From: Promethearchaeota archaeon
GTDB lineage: Archaea > Asgardarchaeota > Lokiarchaeia > Sigyniarchaeales > SOKP01
Reading direction: 5' to 3'
DNA length: 51,144 nucleotides
Assembly (NCBI GenBank): GCA_048940925.1
Contig: JBHLOC010000031.1
Coordinates: forward strand, 5,745 to 56,888
Part shown: piece by piece, positions 1 through 9,491 of the stretch
How positions within the stretch are numbered: the stretch's first letter is position 1
How the letters are laid out: the number at the start of each line of letters is the position of its first letter
Position numbers and translations under genes: made by a program
Notes under the pieces: model-generated
The model's database searches: none
What the model was told of the DNA's origin: nothing
The model's input: the letters and a program-made list of their open reading frames with translations, nothing else

Positions 1-66
1 TACATAAGTGTTAAATACCTAATTATCAATTTTATTCTTAATCCAATTAATTTTTGTGAAAATAAT

Positions 67-2979
67 GTGAAACCTATAACAAAAAAAATAATAATTTTAG
101 TTACTTTAGGGATTGTTCTTGGTTTTTTGAGTATTGGTATTAATAATGTCTTTGATATTCAAGGAGAAACTGATGAAGCTAGAGAATATCGAGAAGAAAT
201 TATTTTCAAAAGTATAAAAAAATCAGGGGGCTATTTTGAACCATATATTCATATTGATGAGAGTGATCCTGCTAAAAATTGGTCTTATACTGCTTTACAG
301 TATGAGTGGTGTTATATTGAGAATGGGGTGTATATTATTGAAAATGTGACTATTGACGCAAGCAGTTCGCCTACGAGAAGCGGAATTCTTATAGAAAATT
401 CCAAAGACAAGTATTTTATAATCAGAAATTGCACGGTGTATAATGTGAAAGGTGTTGATTGGTGGGATTCAGGAATTAGATTAACAAATGCAAATAACGG
501 AACTCTGATAGGAAATAATTGTTCAAATAACGATGCACTTGGTTTAAGTTTGTTTGATAACTGTGAAAAAAACGAAATTTCGGGAAATACTGCTAATAGT
601 AATAATGATTATGGGATAATTTTATACAATAGTGATTATAATGATATTTCAGGAAATAACGTAAGTAATAACAGGGGGGGAATAGAATTATTTGAAAATT
701 GTTATAATAATAATATTTCGGGAAACAGAGTGATTATTAACAATGGTCAGGGCATATATGTATATGGAAATAATTGTCATGAAAACACCATTTCAGGAAA
801 CACTGTGAATAATAATACAGATATTGGTATAATTTTACAAGGTACTTGCGATTGGAATACCATCTCGGGAAACAACGTGACTAATAACAATATTCAGGGT
901 ATATCTGTACAGGGAAATGATATCACCATTTCAGGAAACACTGTGATTAATAACAATGTTCAGGGCATGGTTGTACAGGGAAGTAATAACAACGTTTCAG
1001 GAAACACTGTGAATAATAATAAACATTTAGGGATATTATCATATGGAAGTAATAACAACATTTCAGGAAATAATGCAAATAATAATAGTGATTATGGATT
1101 ATATCTACAAGGAGATAATTACATCATCTGGGGAAATAATGCACACAATAATAGCGGAAATGGGATATTTATAAATGGAAATTATAACATCATCTACGGA
1201 AATAATGCGTATAATAATAGCGAGAGTGGATTATTTTTACTTGGAAATAATAACAACATTTCAGACAACACTGCTAATAGTAATAACATTTCTGGTATAA
1301 ATTTTTATGGAAGTAATAACAACGTTTCAGGAAATAATGCAATCGATAATAGCGAGAATGGGTTACATTTAGGGGAAGATTATAACATAATCTCGGGAAA
1401 TAATGCACACAATAATAGCGGGAATGGAATATTTTTAGAGGAGGGAAATTATAATATCATCTCGGGAAATTATGCTCACAATAATAGTGGGAATGGGTTA
1501 GATTTAGTAGGAGATAATAACATCATCTCAGGAAATTATGTACACAATAATAGCGGGGATGGTTTATTTTTAGATGGATATTATAATAATATTTCACAAA
1601 ACACCGCAAATAATAACAAAAACTCAGGAATATATGTATATAATAATTATTATAACAAAATTTTGGGAAATATAGCAAACTACAATGGTAATGGGATATA
1701 TTTAAATTATAGTAATGCTAATAACATTTCGAAAAACATCGCAAACAATAACATTGACTCAGGGATATATGTATATTATAGTGTTTCTAATGACATTTTG
1801 GGAAATAACGTTAATAACAACATACATGGGATATTTTTATGGGATAATTGTTATGATAATACCATCTCAGGAAATATAGTAAACTACAATAATTACGGGG
1901 TATATTTACGGGATAATGCGTATCCTAATACCATCTCGGGAAACATTGCAAATTACAATGGTTATGGGATATATTTAAATTATAGTGATAATAACGATAT
2001 TACGGGAAACATCGCAAATAATAATATTGACTCAGGGATATATGTATATAATAGTGATTATAACGACATTTCGGAAAACAACGTAAGTTACAACACACAG
2101 GGGATATTTTTATGGGATAATTGTTATTATAATACCATCTCGGGAAACATTGCTAATAATAATAGTGATTACGGGATAAGTATATACAATAGTTATTGGA
2201 ACTACATTTTGGGAAACATCGCAAACAATGACATTGACTCAGGGATATATTTAGAAAATAGTGATTATAACGACATTTCGGGAAACAATGTAAGTTATAA
2301 CACATATGGGATATATTTGCAATGGAGTGATGATAACTATATTTCGGGAAACAACGTAAGTTGCAATACCCATGGGATATATGTATATCATAGTTTTGAT
2401 AGTGACATTTCAGAAAATATTATAAATTATAATGAATACGGGGTATATTTAGAGGGAAGTAATTCTAACTACATTTCGGAAAATACTGTAAATAATAATG
2501 AATATGGAATCTATTTAAAGTGGGTTCATTATAACACCATTTCAAGTAATAATGTGAGTAATAACCTGAATGGGATTTATTTAACGGAGAGTTGCACCGG
2601 GAATAATATATATCTTAATTATTTTAATAATACATTCAACGCGCATGATGATGGTTCGAATAACCATTGGGATAATGGACAGATAGGGAATTATTGGTCG
2701 GATTATTCAGGTGTAGATGCTGATGATAACGGTATAGGAGATACTCCATACATTATTGAAGGTACCGCAGGAAGTCAGGACAATTTTCCAATTTGGGATG
2801 ATGGTCCAGGACCAGAACCGGAGCCAGAGCCAGAACCAGAACCAGAACCAGAACCGGAACCAAAACCAAAGACTCGCAGAATTCCTGGATATAATATTTT
2901 CTTTCTACTTGGTACTCTAATACTTGTATCAATCCTACTATGTAAAAATTTTAAGAAAGATCGAAATAATAAGTACTAA
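67..2979 (+). CDS. NosD/CASH-type right-handed parallel beta-helix surface protein with PE linker and Loki-CTERM-like C-terminal anchor
   Basis: N-terminal hydrophobic signal/TM; about 30 repeats of 22-24 aa (IsGNxxxNNxxxGIxL); NosD-type C-terminal cap GNYWSDYSGVDADDNGIGDTPY; (PE)n linker; IPGY + TM + basic tail. Confidence 0.9.
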   Translation: MKPITKKIIILVTLGIVLGFLSIGINNVFDIQGETDEAREYREEIIFKSIKKSGGYFEPYIHIDESDPAKNWSYTALQYEWCYIENGVYIIENVTIDASSSPTRSGILIENSKDKYFIIRNCTVYNVKGVDWWDSGIRLTNANNGTLIGNNCSNNDALGLSLFDNCEKNEISGNTANSNNDYGIILYNSDYNDISGNNVSNNRGGIELFENCYNNNISGNRVIINNGQGIYVYGNNCHENTISGNTVNNNTDIGIILQGTCDWNTISGNNVTNNNIQGISVQGNDITISGNTVINNNVQGMVVQGSNNNVSGNTVNNNKHLGILSYGSNNNISGNNANNNSDYGLYLQGDNYIIWGNNAHNNSGNGIFINGNYNIIYGNNAYNNSESGLFLLGNNNNISDNTANSNNISGINFYGSNNNVSGNNAIDNSENGLHLGEDYNIISGNNAHNNSGNGIFLEEGNYNIISGNYAHNNSGNGLDLVGDNNIISGNYVHNNSGDGLFLDGYYNNISQNTANNNKNSGIYVYNNYYNKILGNIANYNGNGIYLNYSNANNISKNIANNNIDSGIYVYYSVSNDILGNNVNNNIHGIFLWDNCYDNTISGNIVNYNNYGVYLRDNAYPNTISGNIANYNGYGIYLNYSDNNDITGNIANNNIDSGIYVYNSDYNDISENNVSYNTQGIFLWDNCYYNTISGNIANNNSDYGISIYNSYWNYILGNIANNDIDSGIYLENSDYNDISGNNVSYNTYGIYLQWSDDNYISGNNVSCNTHGIYVYHSFDSDISENIINYNEYGVYLEGSNSNYISENTVNNNEYGIYLKWVHYNTISSNNVSNNLNGIYLTESCTGNNIYLNYFNNTFNAHDDGSNNHWDNGQIGNYWSDYSGVDADDNGIGDTPYIIEGTAGSQDNFPIWDDGPGPEPEPEPEPEPEPEPEPKPKTRRIPGYNIFFLLGTLILVSILLCKNFKKDRNNKY
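2812..2871 (+). repeat. Hexanucleotide (CCAGAA-like) coding tandem repeat encoding the PEPEPE...PKPK linker
   Basis: ccagaaccggagccagagccagaaccagaaccagaaccagaaccggaaccaaaaccaaag read directly from the sequence. Confidence 0.9.
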
Positions 2980-3017
2980 ATTTTTTCTTTTATTTTTTAA
3001 AAAGTCTATTCATAGGA

Positions 3018-3111
3018 TGAAATGAAATTTTTGGGGATCTAGGATTTAAATTAGAAGATCTTCTTAGATTTTTCTTCAGATATTAGATGTCGGTAATTAA
3101 ATTCATCTAAT
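3018..3111. terminator. Imperfect hairpins between convergent genes (possible 3' UTR/terminator structure)
   Basis: aaatttttggggatct can pair with agatcttcttagattt (G-U allowed); attagatg (3082-3089) pairs with catctaat (3104-3111); T-tracts follow the stop at 2979. Confidence 0.3.
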
Positions 3112-3143
3112 TAATATTTTCAAATAAGATATTATTCCCTATT

Positions 3144-5369
3144 TCATTCTTCTTTAAAAATCTCCTCTACAAGTTTTTTGTTATCTTCATCCTTGAATTG
3201 ATTGAGTGAGCCAGTCCACTCCATTAATATATTTTTATACTTTTCTTCAAATTTTTGGACGAAATCTTTTAGAGGCATTCTTACTTCTGAACTTTGGGTT
3301 CCCTTTATGAACAAAGCTCCGAATATTTTATTACCATATTCTAAGAGAATAGTAATATCTCCGTGATCAATTTTTTTCAATGCTTCAGTGGATTTAGTCA
3401 TTTCTTTTATGAAAGATGTAATAGCAGAAAACATTCCAGATACTAATCCAGGATCTTGATCAACTTCTTTTTGAAATGTATAATTATATATTCCTCGTCC
3501 ATCATCATATATAATATAAAGTCCTTGTTTCTCAACCCGTTCAAATGTATAACTTAATTCTGACTTCCAAATGTTAATGAAGTTATTTTGATAAAGATAT
3601 CTTAAGGTAAAATAGAATCTTTTTTTCTCATTATCCTCAGGAGGTTTAATTTCTTTTAGTAATTGATCAGTTTCAATTTTGTTTATTATTACTTTTATTT
3701 CTTCTCGTTCTTGGTTTATATATTTTTTAACAACATCTTGGTTCAAAGAAATTAAATAATAATCTTCATTTTCAGTATAATCTTCATGGGAAAGAAAATC
3801 ACTAACATTGGAATAAGCTATTTTTTCGATTTGTTTTTCATCTATAGCGAAATTTTTGAATCTGAACTCTTTTCTAAAATAATAAATCGATAAACTCCAT
3901 AATATTACGTTAAAGATATAACGTGTGTACAAATACGGTGTAGCTAATATATTTAATAAATCTGTTAGATTTGCTTGTAAACTCGCAGTTCTCAAAGTAT
4001 AAAAATCAAATCCAAAGACTCTAGTATAGCTAGTTTTTCCTGTTAGCCAATAAACATTCCCACTTCCAATGAGAATAAGGATGGAAAGTATCACAATTGC
4101 AGGAAGATAAACTACTATACCTAATCCTATACTCCTTAAGAATTTCAACCCGTAGACAAGAAATAAAGTTAGTATAATAGCGGGTACTATTTCAGTTATC
4201 AATATTCCGTAAATTATTAATAAATCAAACTGTATAACATGATATAGTTCTGGATTATTCGTGGTATATTCTCCTGCAACATATATTCTTGTTTCTTCCA
4301 GCGATCCTGGACCCCCAAAAAGTGGAGTATAGACAAAATTCGTTAATATTAAATTTGAAATAAAATAAACAACGAGCCCTAATGCACCAAAGATTAACAT
4401 ATAGTAAAAATTATGGGTATTCATTTTATTTTTCTTTCTATTTTTCAACCAATTAATCAACTTGATGAAAATTAAGATGGAAATAGGTTCAAAGAGATCA
4501 AGAAATAAAATAAATATTATTGAAGCCATTATGAAATAAGCAAAAAAATAGAGAATAATAACAATTGAAGCTTCATAATGGATCGCGAATAGAATAATAG
4601 AAAAAATAGACATAGGGACACCAATTGTATATAAACTTTTGTAGACTTGATCTCTGATTTGTTCCCCGAAAAATCTACCCTTCAAAGCAATTTGGCTTGA
4701 AAATAATAATTCAATGCTAAAAATAAAGATCGCTATATACACAAAGAGTATTTCTAAGAACCAACCCAACGCAGTTTCACCAGTAGTTAATGATTCGTTT
4801 TGTAAATTGGAGATTTCAAGTATAACTTGTAAGAAGTAGAGAGAAATAGGCAATAGAACAATCATTAATTTCAGAATTTCTTTTTCTCGGGACCAGTTGT
4901 TTCTAATCAATTCAGTTTTAACTCTTTCTAATGGACTTTGCTTTAATTCATAACTCACTTGTTCTAAATTTGAAATAAATGTTCCTTCTTCTTTCCTTAA
5001 TCGGTTCCAAAAGAATATTAAAGAAATGAATGGAGCGACAAAAAATATAAATGGTAATGTTATTAATGGATAAGAAAAAAATTGGATTACAAGTGAGCCA
5101 AAATGGGCAAAAACATAACCCATCCCAAAAGCAATATCACCTTCCTCTGACGGTGATATCGCTAATTCATCAGGGGAATCACCTACTTGGAAAATTATCG
5201 GGAGTATCCAATAAATCAAGTAGAATACTACGATTCCTAGGACCACTCTAAAATATAATTTACCTATAGTTTTTTTCCATATGAAAAATAAAGGAATAAT
5301 GAGAACTATAAGGGGCAATGCATTTAAAAATATCATGAAAAAACTTTCTATAGCTTCCATTTTTATCAC
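3144..5369 (-). CDS. Polytopic membrane protein with C-terminal Asgard longin-like domain
   Basis: About 11-12 hydrophobic segments, then a soluble region ending in GLYIIYDDGRGIY...DPGLVSGMFSAITSFIKEM...ILLEYG...FVQKFEEKY...EWTG, the pattern typical of Asgard longin-like domains. Confidence 0.75.
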   Translation of the reverse strand: MIKMEAIESFFMIFLNALPLIVLIIPLFFIWKKTIGKLYFRVVLGIVVFYLIYWILPIIFQVGDSPDELAISPSEEGDIAFGMGYVFAHFGSLVIQFFSYPLITLPFIFFVAPFISLIFFWNRLRKEEGTFISNLEQVSYELKQSPLERVKTELIRNNWSREKEILKLMIVLLPISLYFLQVILEISNLQNESLTTGETALGWFLEILFVYIAIFIFSIELLFSSQIALKGRFFGEQIRDQVYKSLYTIGVPMSIFSIILFAIHYEASIVIILYFFAYFIMASIIFILFLDLFEPISILIFIKLINWLKNRKKNKMNTHNFYYMLIFGALGLVVYFISNLILTNFVYTPLFGGPGSLEETRIYVAGEYTTNNPELYHVIQFDLLIIYGILITEIVPAIILTLFLVYGLKFLRSIGLGIVVYLPAIVILSILILIGSGNVYWLTGKTSYTRVFGFDFYTLRTASLQANLTDLLNILATPYLYTRYIFNVILWSLSIYYFRKEFRFKNFAIDEKQIEKIAYSNVSDFLSHEDYTENEDYYLISLNQDVVKKYINQEREEIKVIINKIETDQLLKEIKPPEDNEKKRFYFTLRYLYQNNFINIWKSELSYTFERVEKQGLYIIYDDGRGIYNYTFQKEVDQDPGLVSGMFSAITSFIKEMTKSTEALKKIDHGDITILLEYGNKIFGALFIKGTQSSEVRMPLKDFVQKFEEKYKNILMEWTGSLNQFKDEDNKKLVEEIFKEE

Positions 5370-5459
5370 AATTATCTTAAGTGCTAAATATCATATTTAT
5401 TTAAAATAAATGTATGTAAAAGTTATTATAATAATTTAGGTATTTTTGATTAGTTTAAA

Positions 5460-6554
5460 ATGATGAGAAATAATAAAATAGGGATTATAATTGACGACGA
5501 TTTTGCTATTAAAAATATGCCACCTTATCCATATCCCACATTTCTTTCTTATGAGACACCCTTAAGAATAAAATCAGTTATAAGTTATTTAAAAGAAATG
5601 GGAGTTTTTGAGGACGAAAGGATAGTTAAAATTGAGCCTGAAACTGTATCAGAAGAAATAATTCATTTAGCCCATACCAAATATCATATAGACTCTATCA
5701 GAAATCTGTCAAGTAGAGGAAATGGTTTATTAGGGGAAGAAGTTTTTATTACTGAAGATACGTTTGAGCTGGCTAAAAAAGCAATTGGGGGAGCAATCAA
5801 ATCAATAGAATGTGTGATTAATAATGAAGTAAGTCAATCTTTTGCACTTATACGACCTCCAGGTCATCATGCTTTGCGAGAAAAAGCTTCTGGACTTTGC
5901 ATTTTTAATAATATCGCAAATGCTATACTCTATCTACGAGAAAAACTCCAATATAAGAAGAAGATAGCAATAATTGACATTGATACACATTTTGGAGATG
6001 GATTAGTGCAATATTTCTATGAGGATCCTTACGTGTTATACTTTTCTATTCATGAATTTGATTTTGTAGAGGGAGATATAGGATTTATTAATGAAATGGG
6101 AGCAGAAGAAGGCCTTGGTACTAATATTAATTTTCCTATACCTATGAGCACAACAGACCAAGATTTTCTAGAGGTAATAGATATAGTGGCCCCACTTTTG
6201 AAAGAATTTCAACCAGATCTAATTGTGATTGCTGCCGGATTTGATATGTATTTTGATGATCCAATAGGAAATTGCCTATTGACGTCGAACTCATATTATA
6301 AATTTTCTGAAATTATGTTAAGAATTGCTGAAGAGATATGTGAAGGGAAATTAGTTTTTATACTTGAGGGGGGATACAGTTTGATTGGTCTACCTGTTTG
6401 TATTCATTCTGTTTTTAAAGCTTTATTGCACGAGAGTTATAAATCTCCATCCTTTGAAAATCTACAATTCCTAAATCAGTCCAAGATTCATGATATAAGA
6501 AAAATTAAATCTGCACTGAAAAAGCTTTTAATTAATTATTGGAGAATTTTTTAA
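5460..6554 (+). CDS. Zn-dependent histone deacetylase family protein (HDAC/acetylpolyamine amidohydrolase-like)
   Basis: RPPGHHA, GLCIFNN, DIDTHFGDG, AGFD and LEGGY motifs. Confidence 0.93.
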   Translation: MMRNNKIGIIIDDDFAIKNMPPYPYPTFLSYETPLRIKSVISYLKEMGVFEDERIVKIEPETVSEEIIHLAHTKYHIDSIRNLSSRGNGLLGEEVFITEDTFELAKKAIGGAIKSIECVINNEVSQSFALIRPPGHHALREKASGLCIFNNIANAILYLREKLQYKKKIAIIDIDTHFGDGLVQYFYEDPYVLYFSIHEFDFVEGDIGFINEMGAEEGLGTNINFPIPMSTTDQDFLEVIDIVAPLLKEFQPDLIVIAAGFDMYFDDPIGNCLLTSNSYYKFSEIMLRIAEEICEGKLVFILEGGYSLIGLPVCIHSVFKALLHESYKSPSFENLQFLNQSKIHDIRKIKSALKKLLINYWRIF

Positions 6555-6571
6555 AGGAAGGGAAAAAAGAT

Positions 6572-6973
6572 TTAAACTAAATCGTTTAACTTCTGAGCAT
6601 ATTCCTGCACATTAAAAAGTGCATCTCTCGGACCTACTCTAGGATTAATATAACAGACAAGTGCTCCTGTTCCTCCAATTGGAATTGGGCAAATAATCAA
6701 ATGTCCTTGACCTGTTATATTCGTGCCTATTTTTCTTTCTTCTGTATTTTCAACTATCATATATTTGATTCCTTGAATTGTGATACTTGTAATCCCTTTT
6801 TGGCCAAGTTCCAACTTTTGGTTAAGAAGCTCATTAATTTCATTAAGATTATTAGTTAAATTCCAATTTTCTGTTTGGGTTATTAAATTTCCATCTTTAC
6901 TAATTATACCCACCCCAAATACATTTTGTTCGGTATTTAACAAATCATCAATAATTACTTCAATTTCAGACAT
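6572..6973 (-). CDS. Asgard (Loki-type) profilin
   Basis: About 133 aa from the likely ATG at 6973; IITQTENW-like motif (LITQTENW), SITIQGIKYMIVENTEERKIGTNITGQGHLIICP and GALVCYINP match the Lokiarchaeal profilin pattern as I recall it. Confidence 0.88.
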   Translation of the reverse strand: MSEIEVIIDDLLNTEQNVFGVGIISKDGNLITQTENWNLTNNLNEINELLNQKLELGQKGITSITIQGIKYMIVENTEERKIGTNITGQGHLIICPIPIGGTGALVCYINPRVGPRDALFNVQEYAQKLNDLV

Positions 6974-7081
6974 TATAACCAAATTATTTATTATTAAATT
7001 GTTATAATAAAATAAATAAAATCAATTATAAATTTAAATATAATTTAAAAATAAATAATAAAAAAATCACGGTGAAGATAC

Positions 7082-7624
7082 TTGGCTTTAAGAATGTGGA
7101 GAAAGGCGATTCTTTTATCCTTACGAGAAAAGAGAGTGTTTACTATATTTGCACTTATTTATACAATATTAATATTCTTAACTAGTCTCTTCTGGGAATT
7201 AGCGGTTAATGGAGAATTAGCAGGAGCAGAATATTTCTTGGCTATTTTTTTTGGAACTTCCTTATTTCTTTCATTACTATATGCATGGATTCTAGTTTCC
7301 CGAAAAAGAAAAGTATGGGCTACATTCAAATGTATAGGTTATACTAACAAAAACATTTTAGCCCTAGTTTCGGGAATGATCTTATTTACTACTTTTATTG
7401 GATTTTTTATTGTAATTGAGGTACTTTTTCATTATACTGCAGCTTTAGCTTATTTACATTCAGCTAATTTAATATTAAACATCAATGAAATACTAGTGGG
7501 CCTACTTCCCGTTATAATTACAAGTGCATTATTTATTGTAGTTCAAATACTTGCTTTCATCTTAGCTTATAGGAAGGTACTGAAAGTTAGGCCTATTGTT
7601 GCATTGAAAAAAGTGGGTGAGTAA
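7082..7624 (+). CDS. FtsX/MacB-like ABC permease (minimal, 4 TM, no large extracytoplasmic domain)
   Basis: RKRKVWATFKCIGYT corresponds to the FtsX 'R..E.g.lka.G' motif; C-terminal 'RPIVALK'; directly upstream of a LolD-type ATPase. Confidence 0.75.
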   Translation: MALRMWRKAILLSLREKRVFTIFALIYTILIFLTSLFWELAVNGELAGAEYFLAIFFGTSLFLSLLYAWILVSRKRKVWATFKCIGYTNKNILALVSGMILFTTFIGFFIVIEVLFHYTAALAYLHSANLILNINEILVGLLPVIITSALFIVVQILAFILAYRKVLKVRPIVALKKVGE

Positions 7625-7639
7625 AGAGGGATTGAAATC

Positions 7640-8326
7640 ATGTCAGAAAAAGATATTATGATAGATGCTATTGACGTAAATAAAGAATATAGAAGAGCTG
7701 GAGCAATTATTCGGGCTTTAGCAGATATTAATCTAAAAATTAAGTCAGGAGAATTTGTTATTGTTCAAGGTCCTACTGGATGCGGTAAATCTACCCTTCT
7801 CAATGTGTTATCGGGCTTAGACTTACCAGATTCTGGTCGAATCATATTTGATGGAGAAAATATAGCCAGAGCGAAAGAAGATAGATTAAGTAGACTCAGA
7901 CGTCAAAAAATTGGATTTGTATTTCAAGATTTTAACCTTGTTAACACCTTGACCGCAATTGAGAATGTTGAAGCTGTTTTATGGCCAACTGTTTTACGAC
8001 AAAAAGAAATTGAAAATAGAGCTATTACTGCCTTAAGAGATGTAAATCTACTTGAGAGAAAGGACCATTATCCTGTTCAGATGTCTGGTGGAGAACAACA
8101 AAGATGTGCAATAGCTAGAGCAATCATTCATCGTCCGAGGGTCATTTTAGCAGATGAACCTAGTGGTAATTTAGACCCCACCTCAGAAAAGGAAATTATG
8201 GACCTTTTAGCAAAAATTAACAAAGAAATGGAGACTACTGTTATTGTTGTAACTCATAGAGATCTATCCAAATATGGATCAAAAGTAATTAATATGGACA
8301 ATGGAAGAATTACGAAAATCAAATAA
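7640..8326 (+). CDS. ABC transporter ATP-binding protein, LolD/MacB/FtsE family
   Basis: Walker A GPTGCGKS, Q-loop GFVFQDFNL, signature MSGGEQQR, Walker B ILADEPSGNLD, H-loop VTH. Confidence 0.95.
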   Translation: MSEKDIMIDAIDVNKEYRRAGAIIRALADINLKIKSGEFVIVQGPTGCGKSTLLNVLSGLDLPDSGRIIFDGENIARAKEDRLSRLRRQKIGFVFQDFNLVNTLTAIENVEAVLWPTVLRQKEIENRAITALRDVNLLERKDHYPVQMSGGEQQRCAIARAIIHRPRVILADEPSGNLDPTSEKEIMDLLAKINKEMETTVIVVTHRDLSKYGSKVINMDNGRITKIK

Positions 8327-8573
8327 TTTTCATTAAAATTAAATTCAGATCAATATTTTTATTGTTTTTTCTTATTTTTTATTATAATAATTATAATGCT
8401 AAAATAATTTTAAAAGAAATATTAAGCTTAAATATGTTAATCCTATTTTTATAAAAATTATTAGTTTTTGATTGAAACATAATTATAAATAGGTAAAGAG
8501 CTTTTGAAATACTAATAAACTTAATAATATAATAATATAATTAAATCTCAAAAGAATACTAGAGGGATGGATT

Positions 8574-9344
8574 TTGGGATGGAAACGTGTTATTGGGTCG
8601 GGATGTTTAGGAATGTTATGTTTAATTCCTATGGCGTGGATTTCTTTTAGATTTTTGAATTTGACAAGTCTTATTACAGGTGGATTAATTGAAAACTTCG
8701 AAGATGCTCTGGGTGCTATAACAGGATATATAGGTGGAGGTGCTGGTTTAATTATAGAACTAATCGCAGGTGCATTCATAGGACTTGCATTAATATTTTT
8801 GTTTCCTATTCACTGGTGTATTTTTTATCGACCTGATGATGTTTTTTTGGTTATAGCTGTAACTGTTCCATGGATTTTATGTTGTGCTATTACTAGTGGT
8901 CTATTTGCTCATTCACCTCGAGGTGGTATCCATACAAGTCTTGCAATTGGAATTGGGTATGCTATTCCTTTATCTGTGATTTATTTTGTGTTAATTGCAT
9001 TAGTACCATTTGGACCAGCAATATTAGATGGTATTATAACAGGATTAACAGATCTGCCTTATATTGTTGCTGTTCTTACAGCAATCTTGGAAGGATGCTT
9101 AGTTGGAGCAGTATTTGGCGGATTTGTAGGTAGTTTAAAATATAAGCCAGAAGGAGGGAAAAAGAAGAAAGTAAGGAGAGTTAAAACAAAACAAGAAGAA
9201 GAACCTACTGAAATGTTCCCTCCATCACAGGAAATAGAAAGTTCTGCTCCTATTGCTTCGATGGATGTTTATTGTCGTAATTGTGGAGCTAAACTTAAAG
9301 CTGATGATATGTTTTGCGTTAATTGTGGAGCTAAAAGAACTTAA
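8574..9344 (+). CDS. Membrane protein (about 5 TM) with C-terminal zinc ribbon
   Basis: Gly-rich hydrophobic helices, a basic/acidic linker, then CRNCG...FCVNCG. Confidence 0.8.
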   Translation: MGWKRVIGSGCLGMLCLIPMAWISFRFLNLTSLITGGLIENFEDALGAITGYIGGGAGLIIELIAGAFIGLALIFLFPIHWCIFYRPDDVFLVIAVTVPWILCCAITSGLFAHSPRGGIHTSLAIGIGYAIPLSVIYFVLIALVPFGPAILDGIITGLTDLPYIVAVLTAILEGCLVGAVFGGFVGSLKYKPEGGKKKKVRRVKTKQEEEPTEMFPPSQEIESSAPIASMDVYCRNCGAKLKADDMFCVNCGAKRT

Positions 9345-9491
9345 AAAATAAAATTTTAAATTTGCTTTATTTATTTTTAAAAATTTTTTTTCATAGGTAT
9401 AAGATATCTTCAAAATAAATAGAAATCATTATTAATTATTATAAATAGAAATCATTAATAACAATCAATAGAAACCAGTATAATAGTAATT

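Noticed and set aside
540-2600. Repeats in the first gene as a CRISPR array or DGR template/variable region
   Set aside because: The repeats are in-frame coding units with variation at all bases, there are no unique spacers, and no cas or reverse transcriptase gene lies in the window.
3018-3079. ATGAA-led hairpin as a eukaryote-type SECIS element
   Set aside because: The 3' arm lacks the GA needed for the tandem G-A core, and the upstream gene ends in TAA with no in-frame TGA.
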